Origin: Octopus sinensis
Taxonomy: Eukaryota
Reading direction: 5' to 3'
Length of the DNA stretch: 64,000 bases
NCBI RefSeq assembly: GCF_006345805.1
Contig: NW_021836299.1
Span: 1-64,000 of the forward strand
Made by a program: the position numbers and the translations under genes. Every line of letters starts with the position of its first letter. Positions within the stretch are counted from its first letter, which is position 1. Shown here piece by piece: positions 1-11,401 of the stretch. The notes below the pieces were generated by a model. That model did no database searches, was not told where the DNA came from, and was given only the letters and a program-made list of their open reading frames with translations.

Positions 1-299
1 GAATTTTCGGAAGGTCTATTTAATGTGAATATATAAAAATTATTTGAACGTAAGAAAACTAAAAGAAATACAAGAAGCAGTGAGAACGAATTAGGTATGT
101 AACAAATACATTGTGGAAGAGTCACTAAAGTCATTTGATATGATCAATATCTTATATTTAACATACAAGCTGTGTCATAATGCGGGATACATTTGAAATG
201 CAAGTAACTAGGATTGAAGTAAGCATTTACGAGTACCAACTGTCTTGTAGAGTTCAAATCCAATCGTTTGGAGAAACACTGATTTATATTTAATCTGTT

Positions 300-668
300 C
301 AACTCTAGGCACAACGCTCGAAATTTTGGCGGAGGGGGCCAGTCGATTAGATCGACCCCAGTATGCGACTGGTATTTAATTTATCGACCCTCGTAAGGAT
401 GAAATGCAAAGTCGATCTCGGCGGAATTTGAACTCAGAACGTAGCGGTAGACGAAATACCTATTTCTTTACTACCCACAAGGGGTTAAGCACAGAGAGGA
501 CAAAAAGGACAGACAAACGGATTAAGCCGATTATATCGACCCCAGTGCGTAACTGGTACTTATTTAATCGACCCCGAAAGGATGAAAGGCAAAGTCGACC
601 TCGGCGGAATTTGAACTCAGAACGTAGTGACAGACGAAATACTGCTGAGCATTTCGCCCGGCGTGTAA
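300..668 (-). mobile_element. Tandem/composite copies of a tRNA-derived SINE ('family C', core gtcgactttgcctttcatcctttcggggtcgataaattaagtaccagt)
   Basis: The reverse complement of the segments gagttcaaattccgccgaggtcgactttgcctttcatcc and gtttagccccttgtgggtagtaaagaaatagg recurs at 33040, 36504, 37825, 56935 and 63590. Confidence 0.85.
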
Positions 669-677
669 CGATTTATA

Positions 678-728
<51 letters not shown>

Positions 729-789
729 GCGAGGGGGCTGGAAAGTTCATAGGCTAACTATAGAGGAGTGATGCCGGAGCAGTGAAATT

Positions 790-928
790 ATACTTAATTT
801 ATCGGCCCCGAAACGATGAAATGCAAAGTCGACCTCGGCGGGATTTGAACTCAGAACGTAACGGCAGACGAAATGCGGTTGCGCATTTCGTCCGGCGTGC
901 TGACGTTTCTGCCAGCTCGCCGCCTTAA
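790..928 (-). mobile_element. SINE family C, 5' half
   Basis: Head ggcggcgagctggcagaaacgtcagcacgccgg..., B-box-like gagttcaaatccc; same as 36504 copy. Confidence 0.85.
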
Positions 929-1129
929 GGATAAAATTGATAAATGTTGAGAGAAGGATTATATTGAAAGATACTGTAAATAAAATACCGTTGTGCTGGG
1001 GTTCCTTGGTGCGGTTTTGTGGAATGATGTAAATTGTAGTTTGGTGTGAGGTGTAGGTGTTGAGGTGATTCGGGTGGAGTAGTGTGATGGTGTAGGGTTG
1101 GTGTGTGTGGTCTTTGTTGGTACGTTGTA

Positions 1130-2761
1130 AATCGCCCCTTCGTTTGTAAACATTTACAAACGAAGGGGCGATCGTTCTGAGTGTGGAAATTACCGGGGTA
1201 TTTCCTTATTAGCAACTGCTGGGAAGATTCATGCACGCATCCTGAACAACCGCCTCAAACCGCTGTCAGAGATGATCCTTCCTGAGACGCAGACCGGCTT
1301 TAGGCCATCATGAAGCACAACCGACATGATCTTCACGCTGCGACAGCTACAAGAAAAATTTCGTGAGCAACACCAACCGCTCTATTTGGCCTTTATCGAC
1401 CTATCCAAAGCCTTTGATCGTGTCTCGCGAGAGCTCCTCTGGGATATTCTCGCCCAGTATGGATGCCCAGATAAGTTCATCCGGATCCTCAAACTCCTCC
1501 ACGACAATATGCACGCCAGAGTCCAGACCGACGGAGGCAGTTCTGAGCCCTTTAAAGTCACCTCCGGAGTGAAGCAAGGCTGCGTGATAGCGCCAACTCT
1601 CTTTACCATCTTTATCGCGACAGTGTTGCACATCATACGAGATGACCTTCCACCTGGCATCGAGATCTCGTACAGAATGGACGGCAAGCTTTTCAACCTC
1701 GCTCGCCTCAAAAGTACGTCAAAGACAATGGCGCGAAGCTTGCTAGAGTTCCAATATGCCGACGACAACAGTGTAGCAGCTTACAGAGAGGATCACCTCC
1801 AACAGATCCTAAATGCTTTTCATCATGCATATACTAAACTTGGACTGATCATCAACATCAAGAAGACTCATTTACTCTACCAACCTCCTCCCAATGCTCT
1901 TGTTGACAACCCGCCATCGATTCAACTCGAAGGAATTCCACTGGAAAAAGTGAACCATTTCTGCTACCTTGGGAGCCATCTATCAGCAAAGGTAGACCTC
2001 AGCGATGAAATCCAACACCGTCCGAAGTGTGCAGGAATAGCTTTCGGCAAGCTTCGAACAAGAGTTTTTGCTGATCGGGACATCCGAACCGAAACCAAAC
2101 TCATGGTGTACGGGGCATTCATTATTCCAACCCTCCTTTACGCATCCGAAACCTGGACCCCGTATAGTCACCACCTGAAAACGCTCGAGAAATTTCACCA
2201 ACGCTGTCTTCGGAAGATCCTTAACATCAGCTGGGAAGACAGAAGAACTAACGTCAGCGTGCTACAAGAAGCAAAAATGACCAGCATCGAAGCCTATGTC
2301 ATCAAAGGCCAACTAAGATGGAGCGGCAACGTGGTTAGAATGACTGATGAACGACTTCCCAAACAGATATTCTATTCCCAACTCAAAGACGGCAAGCATA
2401 CAAAAGGAGGCCAGAATAAACGCTACAAGGACTCCCTGAAAACGAACCTCAAAAGGTGTGACATCGACTTCACTAACTGGGAGGAAACGGCAAAAAACAG
2501 ACCCCTCTGGAAAACCACCATCCATGAGGGAACGGCGACTTTCGAGTCGAAAAGGTCTGCAGAGCTGGAGGAGAAAAGACGACGACGGAAGGAGCGCCAA
2601 CAACAACAACGTGCGACTCTCCCTTCCGGCACTAGATGTCCGCACTGCGACTGATCTTTTCAAGCAAGAATTGGACTTATCGGTCACCTACGGACTCACC
2701 AGTAAATTTGCGCGAAGACCATCATCCTCGACCTTGAGGGATTGCCAAGACAAAAAAAAAA
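1130..2761 (+). mobile_element. 5'-truncated RTE-clade (RTE/BovB-like) non-LTR retrotransposon
   Basis: RT motifs YKRRGDRSECGNYRGISLL, AFIDLSKAFD, GVKQGCVIAP, QYADD. C-terminal CPHC..H...H finger. 3' end gaagaccatcatcctcgaccttgagggattgccaagac plus A tail. 11-bp TSD ggtacgttgta (1119-1129) / ggtacattgta (2762-2772). Confidence 0.95.
1152..2705 (+). pseudogene. RTE reverse transcriptase ORF (5'-truncated), in-frame TGA at 1311-1313 and 2652-2654
   Basis: ORF 1326-2654 continues in frame upstream (IYKRRGDRSE...GFRPS*STTDM) and downstream (CPHCD*SFQARIGLIGHLRTHQ*). Confidence 0.9.
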
Positions 2762-3113
2762 GGTACATTGTACAGTGTAGTATAGCACTGTGTGGGAGTG
2801 TTGCATTGTTTGAAATGGTATGTCTGTTTGCGCGTGCTGCTATGTGAAACCTTGTGATGTGTGAAGAGGTGTAATGCGTGGACATCGTGGCTGTTTAATT
2901 TATGCGGAATGTGGTGGTGTACACCTATGTATGGAGAGGAGCTGTCTCTGGAGTTGCGTGGCTTGTGAATCGGTGTATGTTGCTATCAGGGTTGTTGTTG
3001 GAGGGGTTTGGAACATGGTGCTGTGATATCGAATAGTGCAATCCAACTCGTTGTTGAAGTGTGTGTATAATGTTTGTGAAAATATATCACATGGTGTGGA
3101 TTACTTACTATAT

Positions 3114-3358
3114 GGAGGAGGCGCGTGGCTTACTGGTTAGAGTGTTGGACTCAAAATCATGAGATTTTTAGTTTCGATTCCTGGACCAGATGACGCTTTG
3201 TGTTCTTGAGCAAAACACTTCATTTCCAGTCCACTCTGCTGGAGAAAATGAAGAATCTTGAAACGGAGCGACGCCCCACCCAGGTGGAGAATATATACGC
3301 CGTTCAAAACCGGGAAACCAGCCTTTATGAGTCGGCATGACTCGGGAATGAACTTTTC
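3114..3358 (+). mobile_element. tRNA-derived SINE (head ggaggcgcgtggcttactggttag)
   Basis: A box tggcttactggttag, B box gtttcgattcc. Tail ccacccaggtggagaa...gggaaaccagcctttatgagtcggcatgactcgg resembles the tail of the 57445-57745 SINE. Confidence 0.75.
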
Positions 3359-3564
3359 TACAACTTACTTGCAATATGGTGTGGTGAAATTTGGTGTAAT
3401 TTGGCGAGGGTTTGTACAGTGTGATATGGTGCAGTCTAGTGCATCTGCAGTAGGAAATTGTAAGTTGTGCAAACGTGTGACGCAATATGATATAACTGGG
3501 TTGAGATCCTTTAGTGCTTAGATCTACATCACGTGTATACTTTTGGCGCCAAGAAAGTTGTGCT

Positions 3565-3900
3565 GTGGTGATTATGGTGGTGTTGCTGGTGGTGGTGATG
3601 TTGCTGGTGCTGGTTGTGATAGTGATGGTGATGGTGGTGGTAGTGTTGATGGTAGTGGTGGTGGTTGTTGTGGTGATTGTGGTGATGGTGGTTGTGGTGG
3701 TGATAGTGGTGGTTGTGGTGGTGGTAGTTGTGGTGATGGTGGTTGTGGTAATTGTGGTGATGGTGGTGGTGATAGTGGTTGTGGTGACTGTGGTGATGGT
3801 GGCGGTGATGGTGGTTATGCTTGTGGTGGTGAGGGTAGTGGTGGTTGTGGTGGTAATAGTGGTAGTGGTGATGTTGGTGGTGGTGGTAGTTTGGATGGGA
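3565..3900. repeat. Degenerate (GGT/GAT/TGT)n trinucleotide tract
   Basis: Directly visible; source of the poly-V/G/T ORFs. Confidence 0.95.
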
Positions 3901-5819
3901 ATAGTATTGAGGGTCATGGAGGCATTGTTGAAAAGTGTTTGTTGTTCTTGATGTTGTTATACATGTTCGTTGTTGGCGGTCGGCGTTATTGCAGTTGTTA
4001 TTGTTGACGTATTGGTCGTTGTTATTATTATTGGTGGCGGCGGCGCTGATGATGGTGGTGGTGATGATATCCGTAGTAAGAATAATAGGGGTAGTGATAG
4101 TGTCTGTAACGTTGCTATTTTCGTCTATTACAATAGCCGTTGGCTATAATAAATGAAATAAAGAAGTAAATAAATAAACTGCATTCAGGACAACCCTATC
4201 CATTAAAAAAGTTTACTGAATTATCTCGGCTTGTTTCCTTTCCTTTGTTGGAACATCGGTCGTTCCTTGTTCCGATGTTTTTCCCATATCCCCCTCTCTT
4301 TCCCAGTTGTCGTACTCAATCGCATTTCTCTTGAATTCAGTCACTCCTCTCTCTTTCTTTCTCGCTCTCTCTCTCTTTCCGTGTGTTCTTCTATGAATCA
4401 CCGTAATTCACTAGTACTCAATCTCTCACTTTCTGTCTGTCTATCTGTCTCTCTCTGTCTCTGTTTGTCTGTCTCTGTCTGTCTAACTATCTCTCTGTCT
4501 CTGTCTGTCTGCCTCTCTCTTTCTCGCACACACGTTCTGTGTCAGCTTCTATGACTGTTTGTCTCTACCTACATCAGTGTTTGTCTTGGTGATGCTAATC
4601 TCATGAAAGCAATATGGAAGACATCAAAGACGAACAAAACAATAGCAACATATATACATATATACATATTCTTATACATCGCAATGACATATTTATATAC
4701 AAATGCATGAAACGACACAAAAACACACAATAATCACAAACATATATAATTCGTTAGTGATCGTAAATTTGCGATTCAAATAGCACAACAATAAGCGCTA
4801 TTTAAACTTCATGTGTACGGAGGCCTACATTACATATTTTTGTGGATTCCGTAATTTTTAGAATACATATAGAAAACAAAACAAAACAAGAGAGCTCGTG
4901 CATAAAAAGATTTATTAGATCATATTATGTACGTTTCGAAAAACGTGTTATATCAGAAAGTCATACGCTGACGGTATTGTCAATTCTTCAGAGAATGCAT
5001 AACACTCATGAATGATATTTAGTTTTCATGCTGGACTGCTGACTGTGTCGCAATCTCCGAACACTTGACAAGGCCATCGGCCGATAAAATCAATGATAGC
5101 TTTCATTCATGTCGGTATCCATCACTCCTCAATGGGATTTCGAGCGAGTTGTCTCACATGTCTGTGACTTTCAGCTGATTTAACATCCAGTGAGGGAGTC
5201 GTCCGCGGAGCACTTTACGGCAGCGAACCAGCAAACAAACATAAACATGTGCATTGAGCATGTGCGGTCCGTAAACCTGCCTTCGTCTTTTGTCTATTTT
5301 CATAAAGCTTCCCGTTATATATATATATATATATCCATATATGCATACACAGGTGAGCACATAAGTTCAAAACAAGGTGAAAAATATAGTACTCGAATAC
5401 CTAAGATAGACAGTTGTCATGTCCAACGAACGGGATCGTCGAATACAGTAATGTTTGTGATAATTTTGCAGCTTCAATAAAAGTGTAAGTGTGTGTATGT
5501 GTGTGTGTGTTTGTGTGTGTGTGGTGTGTGTGTGTGCATGTGTGTGTGCATGTGTGTGTGTAGCATGGTCTGCCTTAGGGCATATATTGTGCATGTTAAC
5601 GTTCCCCATCAATTTATACGACTTGGTTGGGCCCGTATTCTCTCCTCTTGTCGTTAAGTAAATTATTTGAGCTTCGGTTAGCATGAGTAGACTTGGGTAG
5701 CATTCCGGAGTGACTTCTCGTTTCTTCTCCAGGCAGCTGGGGTTTGAAATTAGAATATTATGTGCTGGAAGATATATCGTAAAATATTTCTGCCGATGCA
5801 CCAATTATTCTGCTAGTCT

Positions 5820-5945
5820 CCTGCTCGTAGAGCAACATCAAATTAAATGTTTTCTTGAATAGCACAACGCACTGACCGATCCCGGTATCGACCTCACAAT
5901 CTAGTGATGGTGAGTGCAACATTCTAACTACTAGGCCACGCGCGT
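5820..5945 (-). mobile_element. Degenerate tRNA-derived SINE head
   Basis: Reverse complement gcgcgtggcctagtagttagaatgttgcactc...gaggtcgataccggg resembles the 3114 head. Confidence 0.6.
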
Positions 5946-6029
5946 TAACATATATGTATATAGGTATATACATATTTACGTATATATCAATGTATGTGTG
6001 TGTGTATCGTATATTTCTATATATATGTA

Positions 6030-6907
6030 CTAGCAGGAATACACGGCGTTGCCTGGGTTAAAGAGAAGAATGAAATTTTAAAACAATGTCAAGATTACGC
6101 AGGTCTCAACTGCTAGTAGCTGAGATACCAACTTTCTACATTAATAACTCTCCAACCCATGCCAGCATCAAACACAGACGTTTAAGTAAAATGTTAAAAG
6201 AAAGTTTCCGACTCATATATGTATATAAAGTAAATATACGTTATTCAAAAACTCGTTTTGTGTAGCTTATTTCGTAACCAAAAAAAAACAGGTGCAGATT
6301 ATAAATAATGAAAGGCCGATTTTGGTGCTTCTTTTAACAGAGGTAGTAGAAAGCCAATCCGATGATAAATCTGACTTTGGATCTTGAAAGTTTGCATGAA
6401 TCCTGGCTCAGTTAAATCTCTTGTGACTCCAAATGATGTCATCTGTTGTGTAGCGTTGAATTGCCGAATCGTGTTCTGGAAGTGCTTGGAATCTTGGTCA
6501 GTTGATGGCAACAGTTTCTTCAATGGATCTGGAGGTTGGGGGATTGCAGGGAGTTTAACCTTTACACCACTGCAGCAGGTGTCTCTCCAGGCCACTTCCT
6601 TGCTTTACAATGTATGCACTAAGTTGTCATTGCACCAATGGAAATTCTAGTGTTATCCGCATAATGAACTGCTGGTTCATATTTGAAAGCTGCTTCATAG
6701 AAGTTGTTTCTCTGAGCTGTTGCAACTGCTCTTTGTTCTACAGTGGAGGGTCAGTACTCATTATGTGAAAATTTTTAAGAGTCTAAAAACCATCCCAGGA
6801 ACTTAAGTAATGTATATTCTCAGTTTGGAGAAAATCAGTTGAAAAATACGGCCGTTATAATCTTTTACACACACACACACACACAGAGTCGGGACTTATA
6901 TTAAAGA
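6030..6907 (-). mobile_element. Non-autonomous Helitron with both canonical termini and an internal Rep N-terminal fragment
   Basis: Minus strand begins A|TCtttaatataag at 6907 and ends with an imperfect hairpin cccaggcaacgccgtg (6042-6057) plus CTAG|T at 6030. 6290-6740 encodes AAFKYEPAVHY...IGAMTT*CIHCKARKWPGETP/CCSGVKVKLP..PPDPL..FNATQQMTSFG..FMQTFKIQSQIYHRIGFLLP. Confidence 0.85.
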
Positions 6908-7465
6908 TATATGAATTACTACATACATATGTGTGTGTGTGTTTGTGTAGCTATGTATATATATATATATATAATATATTATATATATATTTGTAAAAAA
7001 TGAAGTTCGAAAATGCTGCTGTATTATACAATTTTTAATTTTATATATACATTATAACATGTTTCAGTTCCTGAAATGAACCTTATCAAAAAAAGTTATA
7101 TATAAAAAGAGACAGCTCATGCCGTCAAACAAAGAAATTCATTTATAATACACAACGGAGTCAGACATCTTAGAGTTCATGTATAGTTGATATATAGTTC
7201 ATGTATAGTTGATATATAGTTTGAAGTATATGTTCAAAGTGTTCGATGCAGTGGCCCACGGTGGCGATACGTATTCAATACAAAAAACAGATCAAAGTGG
7301 TGGAAAGCGGTCAATACAGAAGATTGATGTTCCGAAAGAGCGAGGAATTCATTTTTACCTTAAGCAATTGTGATGACCCATGGTGGAAGTTCGCTGGGTG
7401 GTTCTAGTGATTTTTGTGTGAAATGCTTTTTATAATGCCTGTTAGGTGGTCAATCTAGCGTAGCG

Positions 7466-7800
7466 TGACGTCATCAATGTTTTGACCAATCGTTTCGTTA
7501 GGTGGCTTTAATCAAGTGGAACGGGACGTCATCATTATTTTGACCAATCGCTGCATTATAACTCCCTCTTGTTTGTTTCCTGTCTTGACCAGTCGCTTCG
7601 TTAGTCAAGCATAGCGGGACGTCATCCAGATTCTGCCCAATCACGACTTATAGCTACATTAGATCTGCCCCCTGTCTGTACTTGTTAGGTGACTATTCAA
7701 GCAGAAAAGGACGTCATCAATATTCTGACTAATGACTGTCCCCTGTTTGTATCCTGTCCATTCTAGCAGAGCTAGACGTCATCAACTTGTTGACCAATCA
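7466..7800. promoter_or_regulatory. Five GACGTCA-N12-CCAAT (CRE + CCAAT box) modules in the Penelope terminal region
   Basis: GACGTCA at 7467, 7525, 7618, 7710, 7775; CCAAT (one CTAAT) at 7486, 7544, 7637, 7729, 7794; spacer is 12 nt each time. Function is inferred. Confidence 0.55.
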
Positions 7801-7990
7801 GAATCGGGTCTGACCCTTAGCTGTATCGTATGTATCAGGGTCAGATTTGCACGAAAGAATTTTTTTTCCTTTTTACTAAGGCATATTTCCGTCAGAGTGA
7901 GTGTCTGTTTGAAGTAGCGGCCGTGGTGGAAATTTGGTTCTCCTTTTCGGAGGACTTATCTTTTGTTTTAGTATTCCTGGCCCAGGGTGT

Positions 7991-9497
7991 TTAAACTTGG
8001 TCTAAATTTTTTATGAAATATAGTTCTTTATTTTGGCGTTGTGTGAAGGTTGCGTTGTCACTGAATTTATAGAGCGGGTTAGTTGTAAATTTCGGATTTA
8101 CATTTCCAGCACATCTATCTATGTGTCCGCTGACCGGTATTTTGCGGTAATCAGGGTTTCTAATTTGTGATTTATGCACCGCCATCCTGTTACGTAAGCT
8201 ATTTTTTGTATGGCCTATATACTGCCTATTGCAGCCTGCGCATGTTATGACGTAAATTAAGTTTTCTGATGCGCAGGTGAAGTTTGTTCTAATGGTGAAC
8301 TGGTGGCCTTGTTCCAGTATAAATTCTGATCCTTCTTTCAAGATGACACAGATTCCGCAGTTGGGCCTTCCACATTTTCTAACTGCTGGTTTTGTGGTTG
8401 ATGTTGAGTGCAGTGTAGCTTGGGTTAAAATCCTTTTCAAGGATTTTGGTTGCCGTTTACTTTTAATGATGGTGTGTGTTTCGAGGATCCGGTTCATCTT
8501 TGGGTCTCCCTTTAGTAGGGCTGTGCTTTGTAGTATGGTGTTGAAGGCCTCATTGTTGAGTGGGTTGTGTGTAGAGATGTAGGGAAGGGTTTTTAATTGT
8601 TCTTTCTTTTTTGGTTTTGTTTGTCTCAGGTCTTCTATACTTAATTTAAGTACCCGTTGGATTGCACTGTCTATTAGGGGCTGTGGATAGTTTCTATTTG
8701 TGAGTGTGGTTCTAAGTTCCTGGAGACGTGTGTGTCGGGTGTGTTTGTGTCTGATATTATGGTGCAAATCCTTCTAGCTAAACAAAAAGGGACATTCATT
8801 CTAGTGTGTCGTGGGTGGCATGAATCAAGGGTAGGTACTGTTAGAGTCTGTCGGTTTATAGTAGATATCTGTCTCTATTTGTTGCCGGTCTTAATGAGGA
8901 TGTCTAAAAATGGTAATTCTTTTTCGTTGTGGTCCATCGTGAATTGTATATTGTCATTTATTCCATTTAATAGAATTTTAAATTCCTCAAGTTTCTCTAT
9001 GCCTTTGTCCCAGATGATGAAACAGTCATCGAGGTATCTTTTCCAGTTGTTATGGATATAGGTGGCGAAGGTGTTTCCATATTTCTCGAGTGTCATCCGG
9101 TATAGTATTTTCTCGAGGTATCCCCATCACTAGGTTGGCAAAAGATGGTGCAGTACGCGTGCCCATCGCTGTTCCCGATCTTTGCCTGTAGAAATCATTG
9201 TCAAAAATAAAATAATTGTTCTCTAAAATGAATCTAAGTCCTTCTATTATAAGGTCTTTGTTTATGCGAGTTGGGAGTTCAAAGGGGTAGTTATTCAGCC
9301 AGAAGGTGATTGCTTCTATTCCTAGGTTGTGAGGGATGTTAGAATAAAGATTAACTACGTCGAATGATACTAGAAGGGTTTTCTCATTGACTGTTTTAGG
9401 GAGGTGGTTGAGCATATCTATATCGTCTCTTACGTAGCTTTTGATGTGTTTTAGGAAAGGTTTAAGAAGTGTGTCTAAGAAATTGCTGAGGCGGTGA
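7991..9497 (-). pseudogene. Penelope RT/GIY-YIG ORF broken by frameshifts (track ORFs 9050-9517, 8875-9096, 7991-8767)
   Basis: Consecutive domain motifs lie in three frames. Confidence 0.88.
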
Positions 9498-10899
9498 ATA
9501 TATATATATATATACACATATGCAAATTCGACGATTTGTACAAGTCAACTGGAGATTATGATGGAAAGTATTTGCTGAAAATACAAAACATTAGGCTCGC
9601 ACCAAAATTATGAAACTTCGAAGTAAAATTTTTCGTTGCACACTTCATGCCCTTATTTTTCCTACTCTTTTACTTTATCTCCTAATATATACTGGGACCA
9701 TGCAGTCCATCGCTAGTTTTCCCTGACTTAACTGTTTCAATATTTATAGTAATATTGTTTCACATTAAATAACATGCTTTCCCGTCTTAGACAAAATATT
9801 AAAGAACATTTTGTAAGAAGGTTATAGTTCTGTTTTAGATTTGTCCCTTAGTCTTTACTTTCCCTCAAGTCCTTTCTAACCGTGAGTGGGACTGTATGTC
9901 GAGAACTCCAGTTGTGGGTCAAATAACAGAAGATAGGGCTGTAGTTATGTCATACAGAACTCGAAAGACTAGTGGCTTCCGCACATACTTAAAAAAATAC
10001 CATCTCTGTGTAGACTTGTCCTGATATTAAGTGAAACCGGCCCCTGCCTAAGAAGTAAAAAATATTTTGTATATCAATGTAAGCTCGAGAAAGCAATAAA
10101 CTGGCAGAATGAACTGCAAATATACTGGCAAAAGACAGCCGAATATCCCGGCTATCTTTCGAAAGAAAAAAATTTCAAGGCTTCATTCTAAAGACTTTGG
10201 CATGGAAATCCATGACTGCAGGCGCCTGTAGGCATGGCGCATGACGAAAGAGAAGTAAAATGTATTATCGATTTGATGATGTTCAACTTTAAAATTACTA
10301 TTATATCTTACACAACGGATCTCAGGAGCCAGGATAACAGCTTATACTTGTTGGATCGACTTCCAAGCAACAGCTGCCATAACTCACTGAAATCTCATTT
10401 CAATCAATGTTTTTAAATCGGTGTACTGTAATGGACTGGTATCAATGTGCACAGTAGATTTGTAAAAATACAATTTCAAATATAATTCAATACTGAAAAA
10501 AAAAACACTTTCTAAGACTTAAGAGTCTCGAAAATATTATTATTTCTTGTATTTTTATTCATAATTATGATTAATGGAACAAGGACAGTAATAGATTTTT
10601 CTGCGTTTAAAATACTGAATCATAAAACAGCTTTGCTATGCTAAATGAACCCGAAATTTTATATTTGATTTTAGCGTGCCTCAAATATTGATAACCATTG
10701 ACCGAACAACTTCAAAATGCATGTTAGATAATGTGGTTTTACATACACTGAGGCCGAAAAATGTGCAATATGGCAATGAATAGAATATCATGCACAAGAG
10801 GACTGGTCGCGTGAGGATTACAATAATAACAGACATACTGAGTTGGAAATACCAGCTATATATATTCCGAATGTAAGAGAACCATTGAAAATTACTATT

Positions 10900-11049
10900 A
10901 TTATTACATCGACTCCAGTGTTTCACTGGTACTTAATTTATCGAAAGGATTAAGGGCAAAGTCGACCTCGCTGGAATTGGAACTCAGAGCATGAGGACGG
11001 ACGAAATACTTCTAAGCATTTCACCCGGCGACTCTTCAAGCTCGCCGCT

Positions 11050-11095
<46 letters not shown>

Positions 11096-11333
11096 TCATA
11101 ATAATAATAATGATAACAATAATAATAATAATAATAATAATAACAATCCTTTCTATCATAGGCACAAGACCTCAAATTTGGGGGAGAGGTACTGGTCGAT
11201 TTCTTCGACCCCAGTGTTCAACTGGTACTTATTTCATCGACCCCGAAAGGCTGAAAGGCAAAGCCGACCTCGGACGAAATGCCGCTAATCGTTTTGCCCA
11301 GCGTGCTAACGATTCTGCCAGCTCGTCGCCTTC
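10900..11333 (-). mobile_element. Two SINE family C copies (10900-11050, 11145-11333) separated and flanked by (TAA)n
   Basis: Same core as other family C copies; tail ...cctatgatagaaaggattgttatt(ATT)n on the element strand. Confidence 0.8.
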
Positions 11334-11346
11334 AATAATAATAATG

Positions 11347-11400
<54 letters not shown>

Positions 11401-11401
<1 letters not shown>

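Larger units (their letters stand above)
930..3110 (-). mobile_element. Degenerate Penelope-like (GIY-YIG region) remnant, interrupted by the RTE insertion at 1130-2761
   Basis: Minus-strand frames read ...SPYIGVHHHIPHKLNSHDV... and end ...FIYSIFQYNPSLN, resembling the linker and C-terminus of Penelope-like ORFs. The reading joins across the RTE TSD. Highly decayed; by-eye assignment. Confidence 0.35.
6990..9497 (-). mobile_element. Penelope-like element (RT + GIY-YIG), 5'-truncated, with ~1-kb downstream terminal region; both ends in (TA)n
   Basis: RT motifs SFDVVNLYSNIP, GTAMGTRTAPSFANLVMG, WKRYLDDCFIIW, LPFLDILI. Linker CGRPNCGIC. GIY-YIG NLIYVITCAGCNRQYIGHTKNSLRNRMAVH. Confidence 0.93.
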
